Shown: in pieces, positions 43,817 through 52,549 of the stretch
Layout of the letters: each line of letters starts with the position of its first letter
Position numbering within the stretch: position 1 is the stretch's first letter
NCBI GenBank assembly: GCA_963727505.1
Contig: CAVSGP010000009.1
Location: 448,001 to 512,000, forward strand
Length of the DNA stretch: 64,000 nt
Direction of reading: 5' to 3'
Origin: an uncultured Trueperaceae bacterium
GTDB taxonomy: Bacteria; Deinococcota; Deinococci; Deinococcales; Trueperaceae
The notes under the pieces: generated by a model
Seen by the model: only the letters and a program-made list of their open reading frames with translations
Database searches by the model: none
What the model was told of the DNA's origin: nothing
Position numbers and translations under genes: made by a program

Positions 43817-44536
43817 TCAGGGAGCCGAGGCCTGGTCGCGGTGCCAGTGGCCCCACAGGTAGGCGCGCGTCGTCACGCCACGTTCGTGGATCGTCTTGGC
43901 CTCATCCAGACCGACGTAGCGGTAGTGCCAGGGTTCGTACATGTAGCAGGTCTGGGAAGCGTAGCCCTTGGGATAGCTCGACGCGAAGCCGTAGCGCCAG
44001 GCGTTGGCCGCCACCCAGGCGCCGGTAGGCGTCGCCGCCCAGTCCTGGTAATCCCACGGCGCCTTGCCCCCCTCGGCACGGATGTCGAGCGTGGTACCGA
44101 GTTGATGTTCGGAGTGGCCGGGCCGTGCGCTCGACTTCAGCGCGTAGGCGTAGCCGTCCACCTTGACCCAGTACTGGAAGGTGGTGACCTGCGTCTGGTA
44201 GGAGCGGTAGGCGCTCTGCACGGCGATGGGATGGCCCGCCGCCGCCGCCGCCTCGGCCATGGCCGCGAGGTGCGGGATCACGAACGAGCGCAACTCTTGG
44301 CCGCCGTTGAGACCGGCCTGGCTGGTGGAGACCAGGTCGGGAGGAGCGTAGTCGGCGGGGAGCCGGAAGTGCGTGTCGACCAGCGTGTAGCGCCACTGGT
44401 CGTACCCCGTGTAGGGGGCCGGCGCATCGGCGACATCGCAGGCGGGGAGCGGCGGCACGGCCTGGGTCGTCTGGGCGGAGGCCACGGAGCCGATCGTCGA
44501 CGCGATCAGCGGGAGGAGAACGAACAACGCGCGCAC
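43817..44536 (-). CDS. D-alanyl-D-alanine carboxypeptidase, M15B (VanY-like), exported
   Basis: SAYRSY..Q, SARPGHSEHQLG..D and EPWH; signal peptide; GTG 44536 lies 7 nt after TAGCGT. Confidence 0.88.
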   Translation of the reverse strand: MRALFVLLPLIASTIGSVASAQTTQAVPPLPACDVADAPAPYTGYDQWRYTLVDTHFRLPADYAPPDLVSTSQAGLNGGQELRSFVIPHLAAMAEAAAAAGHPIAVQSAYRSYQTQVTTFQYWVKVDGYAYALKSSARPGHSEHQLGTTLDIRAEGGKAPWDYQDWAATPTGAWVAANAWRYGFASSYPKGYASQTCYMYEPWHYRYVGLDEAKTIHERGVTTRAYLWGHWHRDQASAP

Positions 44537-44571
44537 GGCGCTCACGCTACCACTCGCGGCTGAGCCGTTCG

Positions 44572-45168
44572 TTAGCCGTGCTCGCCCGCCACGGGGGCGG
44601 CCAGTGGAAGGCGCGCCAGCGGGGTATGGCGAGCGCCTGCCGGCCCCAGCTCGCTCTGGAACAACACCAGCGCCTCGACGTACCAGGGCGCGCGTTCGGG
44701 CCGGAAGGCCCGCAGCGCCTCCGCGACCGCATCGCGTGGGGTGCCGCCCAGCCCCGTTACACGCGCGAGGGTGAGGTGCGGCACGAAGCGCCTGCGCTCG
44801 TCGCGCTGCAGGAAGGCGCCGAGGGCGCGCTCCAGATCGCGCTGCAGGCCTGACAGCGCATCCCCGTCCTGGTCGAGGCCGAGCCACAGCACGCTGGGCC
44901 GGCGGGCGCTGGGGAACGCGCCGAGCCCGGCCGTGGCGCAGCGGAAGGGCCTCGCCGTGCGCGCCACGCCGCCGGCCGCACGCTCGAGCGCAGCGACCCT
45001 CCCCTCGTCGACGGCGCCGAGGAAGACCAGGGTGAGGTGGACGGCGTCCGGTGCCGCGTAGCGTGCCCGCAGGCCCGGGAGCGCCGCGCCGAGGTGTTCC
45101 TCGGCGCGGCCGGCCTCGCGGCGCACGCCGTCGGAGGGCTCGAGCGCCAGGAAGAGACGGAGGCTCAC
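44572..45168 (-). CDS. thpR: RNA 2',3'-cyclic phosphodiesterase (2H family)
   Basis: RLFLAL and two HxT motifs (HLTLVFLG, PHLTLAR). Confidence 0.92.
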   Translation of the reverse strand: MSLRLFLALEPSDGVRREAGRAEEHLGAALPGLRARYAAPDAVHLTLVFLGAVDEGRVAALERAAGGVARTARPFRCATAGLGAFPSARRPSVLWLGLDQDGDALSGLQRDLERALGAFLQRDERRRFVPHLTLARVTGLGGTPRDAVAEALRAFRPERAPWYVEALVLFQSELGPAGARHTPLARLPLAAPVAGEHG

Positions 45169-46178
45169 GGGGTGGGTGCGGAGGTGTCGGCGTTGGCTGT
45201 GCTGTTGGCTCCGGTCCTGGCACCGGTCCTGGTTCCGGCGCCGGCACGGGGGCTGGTGTCGGGGGCCGGGCCCGGTGCGCCGGCCGGGATCCGGCCGACG
45301 TCGTGGAGGTAGCTCACCACGCCGTCGGCCAGCACCTGCGCCGCCCGTTGCGGCCGCTCCAGGTAGGCGCGGTCGCGTGCATTGGTCAGGTAGCCGAGCT
45401 CCACGATCAGGGCGGGGGTGCCGGGGGCGAGCGCGTGCCGGAAGCGCCGTGCGTTGAACGCGTAGTACTTGAGCATGTCGAGCGACACGTTGCGGTCGTC
45501 GTCGCCCAGGGGCGTCTCGGTCAGCATGGCGCGGTCGATGTCGAGCTTCAGCAGAGGGTCACGACGGTTGCGTAGCGGGAGGAAATGCGCGCTCTTGTAT
45601 CCCTCGCGGTGCGGGTCGGGGCTGGCGTCGGCGTGCACGGCCAGCACCAGGTCGGCCCGGTAGCGCGGCGGTACGGTGGCGTCGAAGACGTCGACCTTGA
45701 AGCCGTCGCGCCTGAGGCGTGCCGCCAGCGCGCGCACCACGGCGTGGTTGACGTCGACCTCCTCGAGCCCTCCGGCCGTGGCTCCCGTCGAGGTGCGGAG
45801 CTTCGACAACTCCGCGGGCATGGCGGCGGCATCGAGGTGGCCCACCTGCAGCCCGATGCGGGGCGGGCCGCGCAGGGCGTCGACCGCTCCCTTCAAGCTC
45901 GAGGCCCAGCCGAACGATGAAGCTCCGCGGCCGGTGATGGCGGCCGACCAGTTCAGCCCGAGCAGCGCCAGCAGGGCGATCGCGAAGGCGCTGCCGAGCC
46001 ACCGGCGGCGGCGCGCGCGCGACGCCGGGTCACGCGGACCGTCGACTTGCGGGGCCGCGTGCGGGGCTGCTTGGGCGGCTACGGGCCCAATGTCGGGCAC
46101 CGTCTCGGCGGCCGGCGCTCTCGCGCGGCGCGGCCCCCCTAGGAGGGGGCCTTCCTGGATGGGATCGCGGCCCAGCAC
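45165..46178 (-). CDS. N-acetylmuramoyl-L-alanine amidase (Amidase_3), membrane-anchored
   Basis: Zinc ligands in QVGH...E, AVHAD and IVELGYLTN; N-terminal TM helix; start position uncertain. Confidence 0.82.
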   Translation of the reverse strand: MLGRDPIQEGPLLGGPRRARAPAAETVPDIGPVAAQAAPHAAPQVDGPRDPASRARRRRWLGSAFAIALLALLGLNWSAAITGRGASSFGWASSLKGAVDALRGPPRIGLQVGHLDAAAMPAELSKLRTSTGATAGGLEEVDVNHAVVRALAARLRRDGFKVDVFDATVPPRYRADLVLAVHADASPDPHREGYKSAHFLPLRNRRDPLLKLDIDRAMLTETPLGDDDRNVSLDMLKYYAFNARRFRHALAPGTPALIVELGYLTNARDRAYLERPQRAAQVLADGVVSYLHDVGRIPAGAPGPAPDTSPRAGAGTRTGARTGANSTANADTSAPTP

Positions 46179-46244
46179 GCTACATAACGTACACGAGGCG
46201 CGGGGCGGGGGTCGGTGAAAGGATTCCTGCGGCCGGGCGGGGGC

Positions 46245-46901
46245 CTACGGGCGCTCCCCGGTCAACCAGAACATCACGTGCTCGTCGACGTTCTCCAGAT
46301 GATCGCCGAGCCGCTCCAGGAAGCGCGCCACGGACAGGAGCTGGGTCGCGCGCCCGATCGTCTCGGGATCCTCGATCATGTAGGTCAGCAGCTCACGCTG
46401 GATCTGGTCGTAGAGCTCGTCGATCTCGCGGTCCATGGCGTGCGCGCGGCGCGCGGCGTCCACGTCGGCTTCGGCCACGGCCTTCATGCTGGTGTCGATC
46501 ATGCCGCCGAGCACCTCGAGGATGCGCTGCATGTCGAGGTACTTCTTGAGTGGCGGCTGCTCGGCCAGCTTGACCGCCGCGCGAGCCACGTGCTCGGCGT
46601 AGTCGCCCGCACGCTCGATGTCCGCCAGCGACTGATAGGCGGCCCCGAGGAAACGTAGGTCGCGCGCCGCCGGTTGCCGGCGAGCGATGACGGTGAGGAT
46701 CCTCAGCTCGAGGGTGGCCTGCATCGCGTCGATGCGTTCGTCGTTCGCAACGCAGCGCTCGGCCGCGCCGAGGTCGGAGTCGATGAGCGCGGCACGCGCC
46801 AACTCACACCCTTCGCGCACCTGGCTGAGCATCCGCACGAGCGAGGCGTTGATGTCCTGGAGATCCTGGTCCAGCTGCGTCATGATGGACGGCCGCATCA
46901 T
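46245..46901 (-). CDS. phoU: Phosphate signalling/transport accessory protein PhoU
   Basis: QPAARDLR, DIERAGDYA and LERLGDH..N duplicated PhoU motifs. Confidence 0.95.
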   Translation of the reverse strand: MMRPSIMTQLDQDLQDINASLVRMLSQVREGCELARAALIDSDLGAAERCVANDERIDAMQATLELRILTVIARRQPAARDLRFLGAAYQSLADIERAGDYAEHVARAAVKLAEQPPLKKYLDMQRILEVLGGMIDTSMKAVAEADVDAARRAHAMDREIDELYDQIQRELLTYMIEDPETIGRATQLLSVARFLERLGDHLENVDEHVMFWLTGERP

Positions 46902-46930
46902 ACCGTACAGCCTCGCACACGCCGGTCAGC

Positions 46931-46969
46931 GTCGGGTCAGGGCGTCGGGTGAGGGCGTCGGGTGAGGGC
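46931..46969. repeat. Three tandem 13-bp direct repeats
   Basis: gtcgggtcagggc / gtcgggtgagggc / gtcgggtgagggc. Confidence 0.8.
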
Positions 46970-46999
46970 GGGCCCCACGCTTGCGATGGCGTGCCCGTT

Positions 47000-47016
47000 C
47001 ATGACGCGCGCATGAC
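47000..47016 (-). promoter_or_regulatory. Candidate PHO box (11-bp-period direct repeat)
   Basis: Minus strand reads GTCATG-cgcgc-GTCATG, between phoU and the OmpR-family regulator. Confidence 0.45.
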
Positions 47017-47070
47017 CGCACCTCCGTATCATGGCCCCATGGAGTGCGCCGCGCGAACGAGGTCGGGCCC

Positions 47071-47748
47071 GTGAGCGGGGGGACCGTCCTGCTCGTCGAG
47101 GACGACGAGGGTGTGCGCGAGCTGGTCGCCTACCACCTGTCGCGGGCGGGCTTCCACGTGGTGGAAGCGGAGGACGGTGAGCGGGCGTGGTCGCGCGTCG
47201 AAGGCGCCGACGCAGTGGTGCTCGACTGGATGCTGCCGGGGGAGTCGGGCCTCGCCTGGCTTGCGCGCTTGCGACGCGCGCGCGGCCAGGACCTGCCCGT
47301 GTTGATGCTCACCGCCCGGGCGCGTGAAGTGGACAGGGTCGAGGGGCTCGAGGGGGGCGCCGACGACTACCTGGTCAAGCCCTTCAGCGCCGCGGAGCTG
47401 GTGGCACGCGTGCGCGCGCTGCTCCGTCGCGCGCCACCCAGCCGCAGGCTCGAGCTGGGGCCCCTGACCGTCGACACGGAACGCGCGCGGGTGACGCTGA
47501 GCGAGCGCGAGATCGAGCTCACCCGGCGCGAGTTCGAGCTGCTGGTCTTCTTCGCTGCGAACCCGGGGCGGGTGTTCGGCCGCGCCGAGCTGCTGGATCG
47601 GGTCTGGGGCGAGGATTTCGTGGGCTCGGAGCGCACGGTCGACCAGCACGTGGCGCAGCTCCGGGCGCTCCTGGGGGCGGCCTGGATCGAGACCGTCCGG
47701 GGTCGCGGCTACCGACTGGCGGAGCCGCAGCGGCGGCTCCCGTCGTGA
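47071..47748 (+). CDS. phoB: OmpR/PhoB-family response regulator
   Basis: LVEDD, LDWMLPG, GADDYLVKPF and winged helix ETVRGRGY; divergent from phoU. Confidence 0.85.
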   Translation: MSGGTVLLVEDDEGVRELVAYHLSRAGFHVVEAEDGERAWSRVEGADAVVLDWMLPGESGLAWLARLRRARGQDLPVLMLTARAREVDRVEGLEGGADDYLVKPFSAAELVARVRALLRRAPPSRRLELGPLTVDTERARVTLSEREIELTRREFELLVFFAANPGRVFGRAELLDRVWGEDFVGSERTVDQHVAQLRALLGAAWIETVRGRGYRLAEPQRRLPS

Positions 47749-48782
47749 CCGGCCCGTCAGCCGCCCCGGCCACGCTGCCCCTGCTCGACGCCTTGCAGGA
47801 GGGCGTCGTCCTCACCGAAGGCGGGCGGGTGTCGTTCGTCAACCGTTCGGCTGCGCAATTGCTGGAGGTGGACGCCGCTCGCGCCGTGGGCCTGCCGCTC
47901 ATCTGGGCGCTGCGTGACCACCGGCTCGAGGCCGCTGTCGTGGAGGGGCGTCCGATCGAGTTGGAGACGCGTGGGCGGTGGGTCCAGGCGGTGCCGGTCG
48001 AGGGGGCCCTGCTGCTGCGTGACGTGACCGAGCTCCGGCGGGCGGAGGAGGACGCGCGCGAGCTGCTGGCGGTGCTGTCCCACGAGCTCCGGACCCCGGT
48101 CACGGCCATCCGCGCCGCGCTCGAGGCGCTGTCGGAGGATCCGCCCGACGGGCTGCGAGCGCGCTTCGTAGGACGGGCAGCGCAGGAGGCCGAGCGGCTG
48201 GTACGTCTGTTGGAGGACCTCACGGTCGAGGTGCGCCCGCCCCGCGAGCGCAGCCTGGTGCTGGCCGAGGTGGCGCGGCGCGCAGCGGCCGTGATCCAGC
48301 CGGTGCTCCACCGGACGGGCGTACGCCTACGGATGGACCTGCCGGAGCTCTCGCTGTGGGCCGACGAGGACAAGCTGCTGCAGGTGCTCATCAACCTGCT
48401 CGAGAACGCCGCTATACACGGCCCCGACGGCGGCATTGTGACGCTCACGGCCCACGTCGAAGGGCCGATGGCGCGCGTCGAGGTGTGGGACCAGGGCGAG
48501 CCACTGGAGCCCACACGCGTCGACGAGCTGTTCCAGCCGCACTCGCGTGGGCACAGCGCCAAGGCGAAGGGTACCGGTCTGGGGCTGTACATCGTGCGAT
48601 CGATCGCACGCCGCTGGGGCGGCGAAGCGTGGGGGGGCCCGCGAGTCTCGGTGGGCGTCGCCGGCACCGCGGGCGGTGAGCCGACAGGGCGGGGGAATGC
48701 CTTCGGATTCAGCGTGCCGTGCGCCCGCAGGGGCGGCGCGGGTGCTGCTCAGCCGGCTTCGGAACCGTCGTCGTCGAGGTAG
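47745..48782 (+). CDS. phoR: PAS-containing sensor histidine kinase (PhoR-like, no TM segment)
   Basis: SHELRTP H-box, NLLENA N-box, DQG and GTGLGL. Confidence 0.82.
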   Translation: MTGPSAAPATLPLLDALQEGVVLTEGGRVSFVNRSAAQLLEVDAARAVGLPLIWALRDHRLEAAVVEGRPIELETRGRWVQAVPVEGALLLRDVTELRRAEEDARELLAVLSHELRTPVTAIRAALEALSEDPPDGLRARFVGRAAQEAERLVRLLEDLTVEVRPPRERSLVLAEVARRAAAVIQPVLHRTGVRLRMDLPELSLWADEDKLLQVLINLLENAAIHGPDGGIVTLTAHVEGPMARVEVWDQGEPLEPTRVDELFQPHSRGHSAKAKGTGLGLYIVRSIARRWGGEAWGGPRVSVGVAGTAGGEPTGRGNAFGFSVPCARRGGAGAAQPASEPSSSR

Positions 48783-49600
48783 CTGGGGAGGGGATCGAGC
48801 TCCCGCCGCCGCCGGCGGCGGACCATCACGCGGGGTAGGTCGGGGTAGGTGAGCTTCATGGGGTCGCGCTCGCGCGCGCCGATGGCGCCAACGCCGGGTC
48901 CGAACGCGGAAGCCTCCTCGTCCGGCTCCTGCGTGGCGTCGGGCGGCGCCACGCGACTGTGTGGGAAGGCACGCCGGTACGCCGCCGGCGGCACCAGCAC
49001 CAGGAGCAGCGCACTGACCACCACGCCGAGCAGCGCGGGGCGTTGCTGCGCCCACAGGGCGGCAGGCGTGACGGCGCCAGTGCGGGCCTCGAGCAGGGCC
49101 AGGCCGCCGGTGCCCCAGGCGAGCGCGTAGGCGAGCAGGGCATCGAACGGCCCGGCCCAGCGGCTGCTTCGGGGTGAGGGGTAGATGGCGAGCCAGCCGA
49201 GCACGGCGAGCTCGAGCGCGAACACCGCCTGCTGCCAACCGGGGAGCCAGCCGTTGGCCTGCAGGCCGGCCACCAGCGCCGCGACCACCACGCCGATGCC
49301 GGGGCCGTAGGCCAGCGTCACCAGCGCCAGCGGGACACGCTCGAGGCCGGCCGCGAGGCGTGTCCAGCCCGAGGGTCCGTAGGTCTGAACGAGCAGCGCC
49401 GAGAGGTAGGCAAGGGCGAAGGCCGCGAGCACCGCTCCGACGATGCGCAGCAGGATGCGTGGACGGACGAGGACGGCCACGTCGCGCCGAAGGAGACCCG
49501 TCGTCAAGGACACCAGTGCCAGCAGCGCGGCGGCGAGGAGGGCGTAGGCGAAGACGGGGTCGCGCTGGATCGCGTCCAGCAGCCACTGCAGGGCGCTCAT
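48749..49600 (-). CDS. Integral membrane protein, possibly ECF S-component-like
   Basis: About seven hydrophobic helices including VPLALVTLAYGPGIG; TAGATT 6 nt before ATG. Confidence 0.6.
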   Translation of the reverse strand: MSALQWLLDAIQRDPVFAYALLAAALLALVSLTTGLLRRDVAVLVRPRILLRIVGAVLAAFALAYLSALLVQTYGPSGWTRLAAGLERVPLALVTLAYGPGIGVVVAALVAGLQANGWLPGWQQAVFALELAVLGWLAIYPSPRSSRWAGPFDALLAYALAWGTGGLALLEARTGAVTPAALWAQQRPALLGVVVSALLLVLVPPAAYRRAFPHSRVAPPDATQEPDEEASAFGPGVGAIGARERDPMKLTYPDLPRVMVRRRRRRELDPLPSYLDDDGSEAG

Positions 49601-49639
49601 GCGTTCAATCTACCACAGCGGATGTAGGCGAGAACATCG

Positions 49640-50542
49640 TCAGGGACGGGGTCCTGGAGTGCCATCGGGGTTGCCTTGCGTGTCCCCGAGGGTGTCGCCG
49701 AAGGGCGGTTCGTCGAACCGCCCGCTGCGCGCCATGGCGGCGATCCGGGCCAGCGCCCGGCGACGACCCGGCTCGCGGGCGAGGGCGCTACCAAGGGTGC
49801 CCCACGCGGCCAGCGTGGCGCGGTGCGCGAGGCGCGCCGCGCGCGGGAGGTAGCGTCGGCTGAGCTGATAGCCGCCGCGGACGCCCTCCACCAGGAAGGC
49901 GCCGTCGGCGGGCGTGGAACTGCCGCCGAGGTGGAGCACCGGCGCGTCGACCAGCAGGCAGCCGAACCCCGCGGCGCGCGCGCGGAGGCAGAACTCCATG
50001 TCCTCGTTGTAGAAGCGCAGGCTCGTGTCGAGCCCGCCGACGCGCTCGAGCAGCGATCTCCGCACCACCTGGAGGCAGCCGGTCAACCACGGCACCCGCA
50101 CGCTCCCGCCGGGCCGCAGCCCCAGCCGCAGGTAATGGGGGTGATAGAGCAGGCCGTGGTCCTGCCGGCGCCCCTGCGGCGTGCGGGCCAGCGGCGCTGC
50201 CACGCCGGCCCCGCGGTCGCGCTCGAGGGCGTCCAGCAGGCGCGTGAAGGTATCGGGTTCGACGAAGACATCGGCGTTCATATGGGCGGCGAAGGCGCCG
50301 CCGGCGTGCTTGAGGCCGACGTTGACGGCGTGAGCGTAGGAGTGGTTGGGCGCCGTCAACGTGAGGACGTCCGGGTGCCGGGCACGCACGGCCGCCAGCA
50401 CCCGGTCGTCGGGCGCGGTGTCCACCACGACGGGCCGGACCGGCGATCGACTGCGCCCCAGCAGCTCGAGGCAGGTCTGGAGGATGTCGGGGGTACGGTG
50501 GTGCACCACCACGACGGTGAGCTCGTCCGCCACGCCCGTCAC
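49640..50542 (-). CDS. Glycosyltransferase family 2 (WbbL/rhamnosyltransferase-like)
   Basis: N.G..MNAD, GGLD...FYNEDMEFCLR and VLHLGG.S. Confidence 0.88.
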   Translation of the reverse strand: MTGVADELTVVVVHHRTPDILQTCLELLGRSRSPVRPVVVDTAPDDRVLAAVRARHPDVLTLTAPNHSYAHAVNVGLKHAGGAFAAHMNADVFVEPDTFTRLLDALERDRGAGVAAPLARTPQGRRQDHGLLYHPHYLRLGLRPGGSVRVPWLTGCLQVVRRSLLERVGGLDTSLRFYNEDMEFCLRARAAGFGCLLVDAPVLHLGGSSTPADGAFLVEGVRGGYQLSRRYLPRAARLAHRATLAAWGTLGSALAREPGRRRALARIAAMARSGRFDEPPFGDTLGDTQGNPDGTPGPRP

Positions 50543-50634
50543 TATGCCACGCCCTGGCAGCGGGAATCGTGCGCGCGGGGGGGCCGCCGCCGAGTGACAA
50601 AGATCTCATGGTCGTCGCCGTACACTGAGGGCCG

Positions 50635-51531
50635 ATGGACGAATCCCAAGAGCATGTCCGAGCCGAACCGCGATACCGGGTGGGTGTCGCGCTCGGCGGT
50701 GGGAGCGCGCGTGGTTACGCGCATATCGGTGCCCTGGCCAGCCTCGAGCGGCACGGGTTCGCGCCCGACATCGTGGTCGGGACGAGCTTCGGGGCCGTGA
50801 TCGGGGCGCTGTACGCCGCCGGTCGCAGCCCGGAGGAGCTCCGTGTCGAGGCCGCGGCGATGCGCCGGCGGGACGTCTTCCCGTTCATCGCCGACTTCGG
50901 TCTCCACAAGGGTGCCCTGTTCGATGGGCGCCGACTGGAGGAATACTTCGACGGCATGGTCGAAGGCCGCTCGTTCGAGGACCTGGAGCGGCCGCTGGTC
51001 GTCGTGGCCACCGACGTCGACAGCGGGGAGCGGGTGCTGCTGTCCAGCGGCCCGCTGGCTCCAGCGCTGCGCGCCAGCGCCTCGATCCCGGGCGTGTTCG
51101 CACCGATCACGTTGGGTGGACGGCGCTTGATGGACGGCGGCATCGGCTCTCCGGTGCCGCTCGAGACCCTGCACGGGCTGGACGTCGGGCTCTGCATCGG
51201 TATCGGCGCCGGAATGGAGGCGGAGGATTCGCGCAGCATCCGCGCCGCCCGGCGGTTCCTGCACACCGACGTGGGTCGCCGCCTGCACCGGTCGTTGGGG
51301 CAGGGGAGCCGCCGCAACTTCGCAGCCCGGCTCGGGCGCGCCCTTGCCTACGCTGCGGACGGCTGGCTGAGTGAGGCGGGGGACGAGGCGTCGCTGCACG
51401 TCCACACGCGCCCGCCCATCCACTGGTTGAACTTCCACCGCGCGGAGATCGCCATCCGCGCGGGCGATGATGCGCTCGATCAGTTCATGCCTCGCATCCA
51501 GCAAGCGCTGGCCGGCGCCATTCCTGTCTGA
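50635..51531 (+). CDS. Patatin-like phospholipase (RssA/NTE family)
   Basis: GGGSARG, GTSFG (GxSxG), ASASIPG and DGG. Confidence 0.92.
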   Translation: MDESQEHVRAEPRYRVGVALGGGSARGYAHIGALASLERHGFAPDIVVGTSFGAVIGALYAAGRSPEELRVEAAAMRRRDVFPFIADFGLHKGALFDGRRLEEYFDGMVEGRSFEDLERPLVVVATDVDSGERVLLSSGPLAPALRASASIPGVFAPITLGGRRLMDGGIGSPVPLETLHGLDVGLCIGIGAGMEAEDSRSIRAARRFLHTDVGRRLHRSLGQGSRRNFAARLGRALAYAADGWLSEAGDEASLHVHTRPPIHWLNFHRAEIAIRAGDDALDQFMPRIQQALAGAIPV

Positions 51532-51540
51532 GTCCGCAGG

Positions 51541-52425
51541 TCAGAGGATCTTCTTGCCGAGGAGGCTCGCCGCCATCTCCACCATGATGGCGGCGCTTCG
51601 ATTCTGGCTGTCCAGGATCGGGTTCACCTCGACCAGGTCGAGGCTGGTGGGGCGCCCGGAGTCGGCCAGCAGTTCCATGAGCAGATGCGCCTCGCGGTAG
51701 CTGAGTCCGCCCGGGACCGGTGTGCCCACGCCCGGGGCGAGGTCGGGGTCGAGCGCGTCGGCGTCGAACGACACGTGCAGCCGGTCCACGTGCGCCAGTC
51801 GCTCGAGCACCTCAGCGGCCACCCGGGCGATGCCGCGTTGGTCGATGTCCTTCATGGTGTAAGCGGAGACGTTCGCATCGCGGATGAGGGCCTTTTCTCC
51901 CTCGTCGATGCTCCGCAGCCCCACGAACACCAGGTCCTCCGGCGCGAGGGCCGCGCCGCCTCCCCAGATGCCGGTGAGGCGAGGGTCGCCGTGGCCGAGA
52001 AGGTGGGCGAGCGGCATGCCGTGGATGTTGCCACTCGGGCTCGTGTCGGGAGTGTTCAGGTCGGCGTGGGCGTCGACCCACACGACGCCTGTGCGCTGGC
52101 CGCCCGCGGCGCCCGGGACCGTCCCCATGCTGACGGAGTGATCGCCTCCCAGGGAGATGACGAAGGTGTCGTCGTCCAGTGTGCGCAGGCGCTCGTAGGT
52201 GGCGCCGCAGGTCGCAGCGATGGCGTCGGCGTAGTGGAGGCCGTTCGGGTTCGGCACGGCCTCGGGGACGGGGACTTCGACGTTGCCGAGGTCGGTCACC
52301 TGGTGACCGAGGGCGGCCAGGCTGGGGGCAAGGCGGGCGAGGCGCAGGGCGCTCGGGCCCATGTCGACCCCCCGGCGTCCCGCGCCGAGGTCCATCGGAA
52401 TTCCGAGTATGCTGATTCGAGGCAC
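51541..52425 (-). CDS. rocF: Arginase
   Basis: GVDMGP, GGDHS, DAHADLN, SGNIHGMP, SFDADALDP and EVNP. Confidence 0.95.
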   Translation of the reverse strand: MPRISILGIPMDLGAGRRGVDMGPSALRLARLAPSLAALGHQVTDLGNVEVPVPEAVPNPNGLHYADAIAATCGATYERLRTLDDDTFVISLGGDHSVSMGTVPGAAGGQRTGVVWVDAHADLNTPDTSPSGNIHGMPLAHLLGHGDPRLTGIWGGGAALAPEDLVFVGLRSIDEGEKALIRDANVSAYTMKDIDQRGIARVAAEVLERLAHVDRLHVSFDADALDPDLAPGVGTPVPGGLSYREAHLLMELLADSGRPTSLDLVEVNPILDSQNRSAAIMVEMAASLLGKKIL

Positions 52426-52462
52426 GCCTGAACATAACACGAGCGCCGTCCAGGACGCTAAT

Positions 52463-52501
52463 CATGCATCTGTATGCGACACTGCATGATGGATATGCAG
52501 G
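52463..52501. promoter_or_regulatory. Candidate tandem ArgR (ARG box) operator upstream of arginase
   Basis: TGCAT-ctgt-ATGCG (52465-52478) and, 21 bp later, ATGAT-ggat-ATGCA (52486-52499) in an AT-rich patch. Confidence 0.5.
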
Positions 52502-52549
52502 AGTGCTTGCAAAGGCGCTCGCGGCGCACGAACGAGGCGACGCAGGGGT

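Noticed and set aside
45170..45290. Short 12-bp repeats at the amidase 3' end
   Set aside because: They encode a low-complexity G/A/T/P tail; ordinary linker drift.
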